Shown here one piece after another: positions 37,579-49,518 of a stretch of 64,000 nt of DNA. The notes beneath the pieces are model-generated. The model was not told the origin of the DNA. It made no database searches and saw only the letters and a program-made list of their open reading frames with translations. Each line of letters opens with the position of its first letter. Within the stretch, counting starts at the first letter, position 1. A program made the position numbers and the translations under genes. This DNA is from Deltaproteobacteria bacterium (GTDB lineage Bacteria > Myxococcota > Kuafuiibacteriia > Kuafuiibacteriales > Kuafuiibacteriaceae), in NCBI GenBank assembly GCA_040218735.1, contig JAVJQW010000046.1, positions 192,001 through 256,000 on the forward strand, written 5' to 3'.

Positions 37579-39108
37579 GTGAGGCGCGTCCTCCCGATCT
37601 TGTTGCTCGCGCTCGCGCCGTCGGCCTGCGTGCTCGCCGACGTGTCGCTCGAGGGGCGGCAGTGTCCCTGCGTCGAAGGGTTCGTCTGTGACACGACGAC
37701 GAACCTCTGCGTGTCGGTCCAAGGTTCCGTCAAAGACGGCGGGCCGCGGGACGCCGGTGAGGGCGTGCGCGATGGTGGCTTCGATCCCGATCGGGACGGG
37801 GGGCCTCCGCCTCCGCGCGACGCCGGGCCTCCGCGCGACGCGGGCCCCGGGCGTGACGGCGGGCCGCGCGACGCGGGCCAGTTCCCGGACTGCCTCGTCG
37901 ACATCGACTGCGCGGCGCCCACGTCGGTCTGTGTCAACGAGACTTGCGTCGCCGGCTGCGGTGACCCGGGCGGTACCGCTTGCGCCGGGCCCGAGGTGTG
38001 CCTCGACGGCCGCTGCATCGAAGTCGGCGCGACCTGTACGGCGTCGGCCGACTGCGGAGAGGGGCCTCCGTCGGCGACGTGCGTGGACGGCGCCTGCCAG
38101 GTCGGCTGCGCGGCGCTGTCCGGGACGTGCCTCGGCGATCGCCAGTGCCAGGCCGACGGGTTCTGCGACGTCGCGCCGCGGTGCACGACGCAGGGCGACT
38201 GCGGTCACCCCGACTACAACTGCATCGACCAGCGCTGCGTTCGCCGGTGCGATCGACCGTACGGCTACCCGTGCCGTGGCAACTCGACTTGCGATCCCTT
38301 CGGGCGCTGCGTCGGCGCCGCGAGCATCGGCGCGCCGTGCACCGACGGCGGCGACTGCAACACCGACTACTGCTTGAGCATCAACAACCCGATGGAGAGC
38401 TACTGCACGCGCTCCTGCGCCGCGACGAGTGACTGTCCGCTCGACTTCACCTGCGCGCGCGTGAACGGCGCGAAGCAGTGCGTGCGGGAGACGACGTTCG
38501 GATCGATGGCGATGTTCGACGTCCCCACCGGCGGCGCCTGCACCGCGGAGGTGAACAACTGCCAGAGCGGCCTCTGCTCGGCGGGTGACTTCTGCCTGGA
38601 GCGGTGCTCCCGCAAGTCGGATTGCGCGTTCATCTCGCTGGACTGCATCACGGTCGAGCTCGCCGCCCAGCAGGGGACCGTCTTCCTCAACGCCTGCGCG
38701 AGCAACTCCGGCTTCGACCTCGGCGCGACGTGCCTGAACAACGACCAGTGCGCGAGCGGCGTGTGCAACCGCTACAACATGGAGTGCGTGCAGCCGTGTT
38801 GCTCGGGCGCCGACTGCGACGCCGGTGACATCTGCACCGTGTACGACCTCGCGACCGCGCTCCCGCTCACCGTGTGCCAGACACCCGGCGTCGTCGGGAT
38901 GCTCGAGTACGGCGCGACGTGCAACGACAACGTCTCCTGCCGATCCGGGCTGTGCGTCCCGGTGGACCCGAATGACCAGGCGGGGCCCAAGGCCTGCTCG
39001 ACGTACTGCTGCAACGACTTCGACTGCGGCGTGCTCCCGAACGGAGGCCGTTGCGTGACTCTGGACGGGCCGATCGCCAACGCGCAGACGAAGGTGTGTG
39101 TGCCCTAG
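37579..39108 (+). CDS. Cys-rich repeat lipoprotein
   Basis: Lipobox-like 'APSAC'; dozens of Cys in CxxxxDC/CxSGxC units; RDAGP linker repeats. Confidence 0.8.
   Translation: MRRVLPILLLALAPSACVLADVSLEGRQCPCVEGFVCDTTTNLCVSVQGSVKDGGPRDAGEGVRDGGFDPDRDGGPPPPRDAGPPRDAGPGRDGGPRDAGQFPDCLVDIDCAAPTSVCVNETCVAGCGDPGGTACAGPEVCLDGRCIEVGATCTASADCGEGPPSATCVDGACQVGCAALSGTCLGDRQCQADGFCDVAPRCTTQGDCGHPDYNCIDQRCVRRCDRPYGYPCRGNSTCDPFGRCVGAASIGAPCTDGGDCNTDYCLSINNPMESYCTRSCAATSDCPLDFTCARVNGAKQCVRETTFGSMAMFDVPTGGACTAEVNNCQSGLCSAGDFCLERCSRKSDCAFISLDCITVELAAQQGTVFLNACASNSGFDLGATCLNNDQCASGVCNRYNMECVQPCCSGADCDAGDICTVYDLATALPLTVCQTPGVVGMLEYGATCNDNVSCRSGLCVPVDPNDQAGPKACSTYCCNDFDCGVLPNGGRCVTLDGPIANAQTKVCVP
37735..37880 (+). 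repeat. Short in-frame (R)D(A/G)GP linker repeats
   Basis: 'DGGPRDAG...RDGGPPPPRDAGPPRDAGPGRDGGPRDAGQ'. Confidence 0.6.
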
Positions 39109-39227
39109 ACCGGCCCCGTGGGTCGGTCCCGTCCCAACGGCCAGGGCCCTGGAAAGGGCGCAAATCTCGCGCGGGGGCTCCCGCCGAAGTCCGGACATGG
39201 CGTAGAAGGGCAACAGGGGGCTTCGCC

Positions 39228-42191
39228 ATGCAGCACAATCTTCACACTCGGACACCTCAGCTCTTCACACTGCTCGCCGCCGTCGCGCTCGGCGCATGCA
39301 GCGGGGGCGGCACCACGGTGCCGCCGCCCAGCGAGCCAGCGCTCGAAACGATCGAGGTGTCTTCGGACGCCCTCATGGTCGTGAAGGGGCAGGCGCTCCG
39401 GCTCCGCGCGGACGGTACCTACGACGACGGAACGGTCGAGCGCCTCCGGGATGTAACGTGGTCGTCGAGTGACACCGCGGTCGCGACGATCGACGAAGTC
39501 GGTCTGCTCACCGCCGTCGCCGCGGGGACGACCGACATCTCGGCTGCGGTCGGCAGCGTCCGCGGCTCGGTCACCGTGACGGTCACCGGCTCTCCGCTCC
39601 GGACCATCGCGGTGCAACCGGGCGAGGTCGGCCTCGTCTCCGGCGAGACCGAACAACTCACCGCGATGGGCACACTCGCGGACGGGACGACGCTCGACAT
39701 CACCAACACGGTGACGTGGAGCTCGACCAACGAGGCCGCGGCGACCGTCGACGCCGGCTTCGTCACTGCCGTCGCGGCGGGCATGGCGAACATCATCGCG
39801 CGCGATCCGGGCACTTCGGTTTCGAGTGGTCCGCGGTCGGCGGAGGTCACGGTCGTCGATCCCGAGCCGACGGCGCTCGACGTCGCGCCCACCTCGGTCT
39901 CGTTGGAGATCGGCGCGACGGAGCAGCTCACCGCCACGCTCACGTACGACAACGCGTCGACCGAGGACGTGACGGAGAGCGTGAGCTGGACCTCGAGCGA
40001 CGAAGATGTCGCGACGATCGACGCCGCCGGCCTCGTCACCGGTGTCTCGCCCGGTTCGACCACGATCTCCGCGCGCCACGATGCGTCCGGGATCCGCGAC
40101 ATCCTCCGCGTCACCGTCACGCCGCCGGTGGTCACGGCCATCACCGTGGCGCCGACCACCGTCACGCTCGAGCTGATCGAACGCCAGGTCTTCCAGGCCA
40201 CCGCGACCTTCTCCGACGGCGCCGAGATCGACTTCCCCGGCGTGCAGTGGTCGTCCTCCGACCCGTCGATCGCGACGGTCAGCAACATGTCCGGCGAGCG
40301 TGGCCTCGTACGTCCGGTCGCCGCGGGCACCGTGACGATCACGGCGGTCGACGCCGCATCGGGCGTGAGCAGCGCAGACAGCAACGCATCGGCCACGGTC
40401 ACCGTGGTGTCGCCGACGGTCGCGAGTGTCATCGTCGTGGCCCCCGACGGGCGGCGCTCCTTGGACCTCGCGGCGGGGCTCGTCCAGCCCGTCCGAGCCT
40501 TCGCGATCTACAGCGACAACAGCGGCGTCGAAATTACGAACACCGTCACGTGGGCCTCGTCGGACACGGCCTTCGCCACCGTCGATGCGATGGGGAACGT
40601 CACGGCGATCGCCGAAGGTGAGGTCGTCATCAGCGCGACCGATCCCGCGAGCGGCCTCAGCAGCGACGCCGCGAACCAGTCCCTGCCCATCACGGTCGAG
40701 CCGCCGGACTTGATCGCCATCCAGATCACACCCTCGGCGGTAGCGATGATCGTCGGCACGACGCAGCAGTTCACCGCGACCGGCGTGTACACGGATGGCG
40801 TCCCGCGTGACCTCAGCACGGTCGTCGACTGGACCTCCTCGAGCCCCTCGTTGTTGACGATCGCGGGCACCGGGCTGGCGACGGCGGTGGCGAACGGCAA
40901 CGTCACGATCGACGCGGCCGATCCCACGACCGGCGTGAGCAGCAGCGACACCATGCAGTCGGCGACGGTGCTGATCTCGAACGCCAACCTCGTCTCGATC
41001 GCCGTGACCCCCGTGACGAACACGCTCCCCGTCGGCGCGACGGTCGAGCTGCAGGCGATGGGCACCTACGACAACGCAGCCGTCGTGGACCTGACGAATA
41101 TCGTGCAGTGGAGCTCGACGGACGCGATGATCGCCGACGTCTCCAACGCACCGGGTGCGCGCGGCACCGTGCGCTCCCTCGCCGCGGGCACCATCACGAT
41201 CGAGGCAACGGAGGCGATCAGCGGCGTGAGCAGCGCGGACTCGATGGAGTCGGCGACGATCACGGTCCCCGCGGGCGTGACGCTGACCTCGCTGACGGTC
41301 GCGCCGGCGACCAACACCTTCAACGTCAATCAGTCGGTTCCGTACACGGTCGAGGGCACGTTCTCGGACGCGTCGACGCACCCGATGACGGAGACGGTCC
41401 TGTGGACCTCGTCGGCGCCGGCGATCGCCAACGTCAGCAACACCGAAGGCACGCGCGGGTTGGTCACCGGCCTCGGCGTCGGCGTCGCCACGATCACGGC
41501 CGTACACACGCCGACCGGAATCTCCAGCGCGACGACGAACACGTCCGGCAGCGCGACGGTCGAGCAGGGCATCGAGATCGGCGACCTGGTCCACTTCGAG
41601 CTCGACGAGGGCTCGGGCACCACGCTCACGAACCTCGCCCCGGGCGGGGGCACCGTCTCGATCACCGGCCCCTCGTCGTGGGGGACGCCGGGCGGGGCGC
41701 CGGGCACCAGCACGGGGTACCTGACGATGCCGTCGGGCAGCACGAACCACGTCAACGCGAACCTCGCGACGACGACGTACACGAACCTGACGATCGACTT
41801 CTGGTACCGCTACCAGAGCGGAACCGGTCTCGGGTACATGTGGAACTCGTCGGTGTCGTTCCGCGCGTTCACGAACGGCGTCGCGAACGCTGGCATCTAC
41901 GTCCGCGAGACGCCCGGCGGCACGGACATCGTGTACACGCCGAGCATCCAGGACATGATGTGGCACCACTTCGCGTACGTGCTCGACGCATCGGCGGGCA
42001 CGGGCACGCTGTACATCGACGGCGTCGTAGGCGGCATGACGAACTACTCGGGTTCGATCTCGATCCCGACCTGGTACCTGATGGGGCAGAACAGCTCCAA
42101 CGGCGCGACCGCCGACTACGATCGCTTCCGCGTGTGGAGCATCGCGAACAGCGCGACCGAGGTCGCGGACATGGTCGCCGGCAACCGCTGA
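39228..42191 (+). CDS. Lipoprotein adhesin with eight bacterial Ig-like (Big_2) repeats and a C-terminal LamG-like domain
   Basis: Lipobox LGAC; eight 'VxW(S/T/A)S(S/T)...A(T/D/N)(V/I)' repeats; 'HFELDEGSG', 'WHHFAYV...LYIDG'. Confidence 0.88.
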   Translation: MQHNLHTRTPQLFTLLAAVALGACSGGGTTVPPPSEPALETIEVSSDALMVVKGQALRLRADGTYDDGTVERLRDVTWSSSDTAVATIDEVGLLTAVAAGTTDISAAVGSVRGSVTVTVTGSPLRTIAVQPGEVGLVSGETEQLTAMGTLADGTTLDITNTVTWSSTNEAAATVDAGFVTAVAAGMANIIARDPGTSVSSGPRSAEVTVVDPEPTALDVAPTSVSLEIGATEQLTATLTYDNASTEDVTESVSWTSSDEDVATIDAAGLVTGVSPGSTTISARHDASGIRDILRVTVTPPVVTAITVAPTTVTLELIERQVFQATATFSDGAEIDFPGVQWSSSDPSIATVSNMSGERGLVRPVAAGTVTITAVDAASGVSSADSNASATVTVVSPTVASVIVVAPDGRRSLDLAAGLVQPVRAFAIYSDNSGVEITNTVTWASSDTAFATVDAMGNVTAIAEGEVVISATDPASGLSSDAANQSLPITVEPPDLIAIQITPSAVAMIVGTTQQFTATGVYTDGVPRDLSTVVDWTSSSPSLLTIAGTGLATAVANGNVTIDAADPTTGVSSSDTMQSATVLISNANLVSIAVTPVTNTLPVGATVELQAMGTYDNAAVVDLTNIVQWSSTDAMIADVSNAPGARGTVRSLAAGTITIEATEAISGVSSADSMESATITVPAGVTLTSLTVAPATNTFNVNQSVPYTVEGTFSDASTHPMTETVLWTSSAPAIANVSNTEGTRGLVTGLGVGVATITAVHTPTGISSATTNTSGSATVEQGIEIGDLVHFELDEGSGTTLTNLAPGGGTVSITGPSSWGTPGGAPGTSTGYLTMPSGSTNHVNANLATTTYTNLTIDFWYRYQSGTGLGYMWNSSVSFRAFTNGVANAGIYVRETPGGTDIVYTPSIQDMMWHHFAYVLDASAGTGTLYIDGVVGGMTNYSGSISIPTWYLMGQNSSNGATADYDRFRVWSIANSATEVADMVAGNR

Positions 42192-42224
42192 GGTCTCGAG
42201 CTGCGCGCGGGGCGGCGGTTCGCT

Positions 42225-42983
42225 TCAGTAGCGAACCACGAAGCCGCCGCCGCGTGGGCCGAGCACCGGCAGCACCGCGACTTCGTCTTCCGCGGTGGTC
42301 ATCGAAACGATCCCCCAGATGAGCCCCGCGCCGACGACGATCCCGCCGGCGATGTAGGAAGCATTCGCGGCGGACGCGAGCCCGCCGGCTTCGTCCGCGA
42401 GGTTGGACGCGTCGATCTGACTCGCGGCGTCCATCGCCTCCGAGTTCTTGCCGGACGCGAGCACGCCGAGCACCACGCCCGATCCGATCACCGCGGCGCC
42501 GACGCCCGCGATGATCCACGGGACCGGCGAAAGCACGTCGCTCGGCGGGGGCGTCGTCACGACGGCGGCGGGCGGCGGAGGTGGAGGCGGGGGCGCCTGT
42601 TGCGCGTCGAGCTTCGCCTTCAGCTCTTCGCGCTCGCGGATCTGTCGGTCGAGGTTCTCGATCCGCTTCTCGATCGCGCCCCGATCCCGCGCCGAGGGAT
42701 CGGCTTCGAGGTACCGGCGGTACGCATCCAGTGCGCCTTCCAAGTTCCCCGCGCTCTCGCGCGCGCGTGCGAGGTTGTAGAGCAGGGTAGGTGCGGGATC
42801 GATGGCATACGCCTCTTCCAGCAGCTGCGCCGCCGCTTCGAACTCGCCGTCGCGATAGCGGCGCTTGCTCTCGTTGAAGAGCTCGATCGCAAATTTGCGG
42901 TCCTTCTTGGGGGGTTCGGCCGCGTTCGCGGTCAGTGAGCCGCCGAGGACGAGCACGGCGCACACGATACGGAGGCTTCGCAT
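42225..42983 (-). CDS. Exported TPR protein with C-terminal hydrophobic segments
   Basis: Signal peptide; TPR 'LLYNLARA...ALDAYRRYL'; ATG 42983. Confidence 0.82.
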   Translation of the reverse strand: MRSLRIVCAVLVLGGSLTANAAEPPKKDRKFAIELFNESKRRYRDGEFEAAAQLLEEAYAIDPAPTLLYNLARARESAGNLEGALDAYRRYLEADPSARDRGAIEKRIENLDRQIREREELKAKLDAQQAPPPPPPPPAAVVTTPPPSDVLSPVPWIIAGVGAAVIGSGVVLGVLASGKNSEAMDAASQIDASNLADEAGGLASAANASYIAGGIVVGAGLIWGIVSMTTAEDEVAVLPVLGPRGGGFVVRY

Positions 42984-43067
42984 GGTGCCTGGAGCGCCCA
43001 GTGACGCCCCGGTGACGCTATCATTGCGCCTCGCGCGATGGCAAAAGGGGTACGAGGGGAAGCGTAG

Positions 43068-44714
<1,647 letters not shown>

Positions 44715-46517
44715 CTACTTCAGCGAGTCCGCCCAGCGGTGCACGCGCTTCTTCAGCACCGGCAGCGACACCGCGCCGCCGGTGAGCACGGCGTCGTGGA
44801 AGCCTTTGATGTCGAACTTGTCGCCCAGCGCGGTCTCGGCCTCGCGGCGTAGGCGCCAGATTTCCATCTGCCCGGTCTTGTAGGCCACGGCCTGCCCGGG
44901 CCAGACGATGTACCGGTCCACCTCGTTGTCGATGTTGTTCGCGGCGAGCGCGGTGTGCTCGAGCATGTACTGCTTCGCGCGCTCGCGGCTCCAGCCCATC
45001 GCGTGGATGCCGGTGTCCACGACGAGCCGCGAAGCGCGCCACGCCTCGTAGCTCAGCATCCCCATGCGATCGAGGTCGCCCGAGTACAGCCCCATCTCGT
45101 CGGCGAGCTGCTCGGTGTAGAGCGCCCACCCCTCGACGAACGCGGTCAGGCCGAGGTGCCGCCGGAACGCCGGCATCGCGGGGAGCTCCTGTGCGATCGC
45201 GATCTGCAGGTGGTGCCCGGGGATCGCTTCGTGGAACGAGAGCGCCTCCATCTCGTAGCGCGTGCGCGTCTCGGGTTTGTAGAGGTTGACGTAGTACTCG
45301 CCCGGCTTCGACCCGTCCGGCACCGGCTGCTGGTAGTAGGCGACCGTCGTGAACGGTGCCTCGTAGTCCGGGATCTTCGCGACGACGCAGTCTGCCTTGG
45401 GGAGCACGCCGAAGTACTTCGGGATGGCGGCGCGTGCGTTCGCGAGCGCGGTCTCGGCCTTGTCGACGATCTGCTCGCTCGTCTCGAAGAAGTTCGCCGG
45501 GTCGGTGCGGAGCTTCTCGAGGATCTCGGGGAGCGCGTCGGTGCCGAAGAGTTTCTTGCCGAGCTTCTTCATCTCGCCGTTGATGCGCAGGATCTCGGAC
45601 TTACCTGTCTCGTGGATGTCCTTCGCGCTCAGCGGCAGCCCCGTGTAGTACGCGATCCGCGCCTGGTAGCAGTCCTTGCCGAAGGGGAGGGCGCCGAGGC
45701 CCGTCTGCTCGGGGCTCCTCGCGTTCGGCGCGATCTCGGTCTCGAGCAGCTTCCCGTACCGCTCGAACGCGGGGCGGATCTCGTTCTCGAGGAGCTTCTG
45801 CAGCGCTGTCGTGAACTTCTCCTCCTCGCCGTCGCCCCACGCGTAGTCCGTCTCGATCTTCATCGGCGGCCAGTCCTTCACCGGCTTCGCGAGCTGATCC
45901 TTCACCATCGCCTGCACGCGACGCACGGACTCCGCGTTGGCGTACACACCCGCCTTCGCGCCGCGCGCGAGGTTCGCCGTGGTGTGGTCGATCTGTGTCG
46001 CCGCCTGTCCGTAGCGCTTCAGCAGGTTGTTCGCGTCTTCGTTCGACTTGATCGGGTGCGCCTTCGCGAGCTCGTTGTAGTTGGTCACGGGGTTCGAGCG
46101 CGGGGAGAGCGCCCAGGTCTCGAACTGACAGACGTCGAGCGCCGCGTTCTTCTCGAGCATGCTCGTGAACAGCTCGAGCGTCGTGGCGTCCGCCTGCGAC
46201 AGCCCCTCCGTCGGCACCGCCTTCGCGCGCGCGAGGAACGCGCGGGTCGCCTTGCGGTCCGCGTCGATCGCCGCCTCCGAGCCATCACCCAGCCGGTCGT
46301 CGTAGCGGTGGTCGCCGAGGCGCGTCGCCCAGACCGGGTTGGTCTTCATGAGGTACGCCCAGTGCTCGCTGAGCAGCGCGCCGAGCGCGTCGTCCTCGAC
46401 CCCGGCGCGAGCGATGTCCTCGGCACCGGTAGCGGTCGGCGGCGTCGGGGTGTCGCCGTTCTGGCCGGCGGCGCATCCGAGCGCGAGGGTGAGCGGGAGC
46501 AGGGCGCTTCGCTTCAT
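44715..46517 (-). CDS. DUF885 family lipoprotein (putative metallopeptidase)
   Basis: Lipobox LALGC; 'HEAIPGHHLQ', 'EGWALY', 'RLVVDTGIH', 'PGQA.AY'. Confidence 0.92.
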   Translation of the reverse strand: MKRSALLPLTLALGCAAGQNGDTPTPPTATGAEDIARAGVEDDALGALLSEHWAYLMKTNPVWATRLGDHRYDDRLGDGSEAAIDADRKATRAFLARAKAVPTEGLSQADATTLELFTSMLEKNAALDVCQFETWALSPRSNPVTNYNELAKAHPIKSNEDANNLLKRYGQAATQIDHTTANLARGAKAGVYANAESVRRVQAMVKDQLAKPVKDWPPMKIETDYAWGDGEEEKFTTALQKLLENEIRPAFERYGKLLETEIAPNARSPEQTGLGALPFGKDCYQARIAYYTGLPLSAKDIHETGKSEILRINGEMKKLGKKLFGTDALPEILEKLRTDPANFFETSEQIVDKAETALANARAAIPKYFGVLPKADCVVAKIPDYEAPFTTVAYYQQPVPDGSKPGEYYVNLYKPETRTRYEMEALSFHEAIPGHHLQIAIAQELPAMPAFRRHLGLTAFVEGWALYTEQLADEMGLYSGDLDRMGMLSYEAWRASRLVVDTGIHAMGWSRERAKQYMLEHTALAANNIDNEVDRYIVWPGQAVAYKTGQMEIWRLRREAETALGDKFDIKGFHDAVLTGGAVSLPVLKKRVHRWADSLK

Positions 46518-46554
46518 GCGAAGCGTCTACCACTACCGCTCGGGTGGACCAAAC

Positions 46555-47499
46555 TCAGTCACACCACGGTGCGACGCGCCCGTCGGACCCCGTGTAAACG
46601 AACGCATCGGAGACGAAGCCGCCCTTCGCGAGGCGGTCCCACAGGCGCGACGTCCCGTACGTCCCGCTCACGCGCTCGCCGCGTTTGTGGCAAACGATCG
46701 ACACGCGCGATCCGTTCGCCTTCGTCCGCACCGCGCGGAAGCTCGTCCCCGGACCGGCGCGGACCGTGAGCGCCGCGCCCGAGGTTCGCACCGTCCCCGA
46801 CGCGCCGGACGGCGACACGTTGCATCGGTTCACGCTGCGGTAGTTCCGCGTCCCGAAGAAGAACGCGCGCTCGCCGTTGAACACCGGGCGCAGCGCCACG
46901 CCGTTGCGACGGAGCTCGAAGTGCAGGTGCGGGCCCGTCGATCCGCCCGTGCTCCCCACCGCGCCGATCTTCTGCCCGCGCGCGACGCTCTGCCCGGTGC
47001 GCACGGCGACGCTGCTGAGGTGCGCGTAGCGCGTCCGGTAGCCGTCGCCGTGATCGATCTCGACCCACCGGCCGTAGCTCGTGCTCCCGGTGTTGCCGAC
47101 CACCGACACGCGCCCGCCCGCGGACGCGACGACCTTGTCGCCTAAGTCGTTGGCGCGGTTGAAGTCGATCGAGTTGACCGGGCTGTGGTTCGTGCGCGTC
47201 TGACCCGCCCAGACCTGCCCGCACGGGAACGGCACCTGGAAGACGCCGACCGAGAGACCGCTCGCCGTCGTCCCGAACTCGTCGTCGATGATCGTCAGCT
47301 CGCTCTCGTCCGCCCACTGCTCGGGGGACTCGGGCCACACCTCGCCGGGCGGCGGCTCGAGCGCGATCTCGACGCCCTCCGACCAGACCTCCTCGGGCGC
47401 CGAAGCCGGATCGAGCGGGTCGATCTCCAGCTCTGCGCCGGAGCAGCCTACGGCCGCGAAGACGGCGATGACGGTGAGCTTCTTTCGAATAGAACGCAT
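46555..47499 (-). CDS. M23 peptidoglycan endopeptidase with C-terminal SH3-like domain
   Basis: 'RYAHL', 'GSTG.STGPHLHFE'; 'LTVRAGPGT...C...G..V.GTYGTS..WD'; possible lipobox AVGC. Confidence 0.88.
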   Translation of the reverse strand: MRSIRKKLTVIAVFAAVGCSGAELEIDPLDPASAPEEVWSEGVEIALEPPPGEVWPESPEQWADESELTIIDDEFGTTASGLSVGVFQVPFPCGQVWAGQTRTNHSPVNSIDFNRANDLGDKVVASAGGRVSVVGNTGSTSYGRWVEIDHGDGYRTRYAHLSSVAVRTGQSVARGQKIGAVGSTGGSTGPHLHFELRRNGVALRPVFNGERAFFFGTRNYRSVNRCNVSPSGASGTVRTSGAALTVRAGPGTSFRAVRTKANGSRVSIVCHKRGERVSGTYGTSRLWDRLAKGGFVSDAFVYTGSDGRVAPWCD

Positions 47500-47601
47500 C
47501 CCACGACGCGTAGCGTCACCGCGGAGCCGCGCTGAACTGAAGGTCCCTGACAGATTCGTGCGCTGTGGCCGGGAGCGTACAGTGTGGCCGGCCGTCCTCT
47601 A

Positions 47602-48615
47602 CTACCAGACGTTGTACTTCTTGCGGTTCGCCTCGTGCTCCTCCGCGGTTCGCGCGAAGTGGATGCGCCGCTTGCTGTCGTGCAGGTAGTACCAGTACTT
47701 CGACGGCTCGGGGCGCAGCGCCGCGAGCAGCGACGGCAGCGATGCGGCGCCGATCGCGGTCGGCGGCAGCCCGGACTTCAGCCGGGTGTTGTACGGGTCG
47801 TTCGGGTCGCGCAGCTTCGCGAGGAAGGGCTTGCGCTCGTTCCAGTTCTCCAGCGTGTAGCGGCTCGTGGCGTCGATGCCGAGCGGCGTGTTGGAGTCCA
47901 GCCGGTTGTACATCACGCCCGCGACCTTGGGGCGTGTCTCGGGGTTCGGCTCTTCGCGCTCCAGCAGCGACGCGACCTTCACGATGTCGTCGAGCGTGCG
48001 GCCGCTCTTTTCGATCTCCGCCGCGTGCGGCTTCACGAAGCGCCGGTGGAACGCGCCGATCTGACGCTGGATGAGTTTGTCGACGTCCAGCTTGCCGGGC
48101 GGGACGGCGTACGTCTCGGGGAGCAGGTACCCCTCGAGCGTCCCCGGCGGTGCGGGGAACGGGATCGTGAAGCGCGACGGATCACTCGCCGCTTCGATGT
48201 ACGCGCCCGCTTCGATCAGGCCCTTCTCGGCGAGCGCTGCGTCGGCGTCGACGAGGCGCCACCCCTCGACCATCGTCAGCGGGACGTCGTCGGGGATGGG
48301 TGCGCCGGCGAGTGTCTCGATCAGCTCGGGCACGTTCATCGAGGCGCTCACCTCGTGGCGCCCGGCCTTCGGCGAGGGTGCCGTCGCGTGGAGCTTCAGG
48401 TAGACGCGCCACAGGGTCGCGCTGGCGATGAGCCCTTCGGCCTCCAGCTGCTTGCCGACCGAGTTGAGCGTCGCGCCCTTCTTCACCTCGAATTCGACCT
48501 TCTTCGCGGACGCGTCGACCGGCGTCGTGACCGCCTTGTCGTAGTACGCGTACGCGCCGCCCAGCCCGAGGATGCCGAGCACGAACAGCACGGCGAGGAT
48601 TCGACCGAGTCGCAT
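47602..48615 (-). CDS. mltG: Endolytic transglycosylase
   Basis: N-terminal TM; 'EGYLLPETY', 'ASLLERE', 'NRL', 'PYNT...GLPP'. Confidence 0.92.
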   Translation of the reverse strand: MRLGRILAVLFVLGILGLGGAYAYYDKAVTTPVDASAKKVEFEVKKGATLNSVGKQLEAEGLIASATLWRVYLKLHATAPSPKAGRHEVSASMNVPELIETLAGAPIPDDVPLTMVEGWRLVDADAALAEKGLIEAGAYIEAASDPSRFTIPFPAPPGTLEGYLLPETYAVPPGKLDVDKLIQRQIGAFHRRFVKPHAAEIEKSGRTLDDIVKVASLLEREEPNPETRPKVAGVMYNRLDSNTPLGIDATSRYTLENWNERKPFLAKLRDPNDPYNTRLKSGLPPTAIGAASLPSLLAALRPEPSKYWYYLHDSKRRIHFARTAEEHEANRKKYNVW

Positions 48616-48647
48616 GAGCGGGACGTTTTCGCGATCGACCGCCGGGG

Positions 48648-49478
48648 TCAACCGACGCTCCGCGCGGACCGAGTCGTGTACCAGGTGCGCCAGATCGCGC
48701 CCCCGACGATCAGCGCGCCGCCCAGGATCGCCAGCGGTGTCAGCCGCTCACCGACCGCGAGGAACGCCCAGACCGGGCTCATCACGGGCTCGAGGTACAC
48801 CAGCAGCGCGCCCTCCATCGCGGACAGCTCGCGGATGCCGCGCACGTACAACATCGCGGCCCCGGCCTGCTGGATCGCGCCGAGGTGGAACACGACGAGG
48901 TAGTCGGTCAGCTGGGGCGCGGGGCCGTCGAAGGAAAACGGGAGCACAAAAACGCAGATGAGGAGGTTGCCGCAGAGCGTCGCCGCGATGCCACCCGTGA
49001 CGTCGAGGCGACGGTAGAACAGCAGCACCGTCGCGTACGAAAAACTCGCGCCGACCGCGAGCCCATTCCCCAACGTGGAGCCGGCCGACACGTCATCGAC
49101 GAAGAACAACAGACACCCCGCGAGGGACACCGGGAGCGTGAGCTTCTCCGCGAACGTCGCGCGCTCGTTCAGGAGGATCGGCGACAACAGAAGCACCCAC
49201 GCGGGCGCGATGTTCTGCAGGAAGATCGCGTTGCCCGCGGTCGTGAGGGTGTTGGCGAAGATGAACAGCGTGCACGTCGCGGCGTAGGCGACGCCGCCGA
49301 TCCACACGTCACGGCTCCACCCGCGGCGCGCCTTGGGGAACAGGACGAACAGCACCAACCCCGCCACCACCGCACGCCCCGCGACGAGCTGCGTGCCGCT
49401 CAGCGACGACAGCTTCACCGCCGCGCCACCCGTCGACCACAACAGCGCCGCGATGGCGATGAGGAGGCGCCCGCTCAC
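48648..49478 (-). CDS. EamA/DMT family transporter
   Basis: About 10 TM helices, 'LEPV'. Confidence 0.88.
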   Translation of the reverse strand: MSGRLLIAIAALLWSTGGAAVKLSSLSGTQLVAGRAVVAGLVLFVLFPKARRGWSRDVWIGGVAYAATCTLFIFANTLTTAGNAIFLQNIAPAWVLLLSPILLNERATFAEKLTLPVSLAGCLLFFVDDVSAGSTLGNGLAVGASFSYATVLLFYRRLDVTGGIAATLCGNLLICVFVLPFSFDGPAPQLTDYLVVFHLGAIQQAGAAMLYVRGIRELSAMEGALLVYLEPVMSPVWAFLAVGERLTPLAILGGALIVGGAIWRTWYTTRSARSVG

Positions 49479-49518
49479 GATGTCGAGGATCCTGAGGCCC
49501 CCGGCGGGATTCGTCGAG

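Noticed and set aside
37735-37880. Short DNA repeats as a possible CRISPR array or VNTR
   Set aside because: They are degenerate in-frame RDAGP linker codons with no constant repeat-spacer structure and no cas genes.
39141-39200. GCCCT-GGAA-AGGGC-GCAAA upstream of the adhesin gene, reminiscent of a c-di-GMP-I riboswitch
   Set aside because: The 5' GGCAAAC element and a convincing second stem with tetraloop receptor are missing; an Infernal search would be needed.
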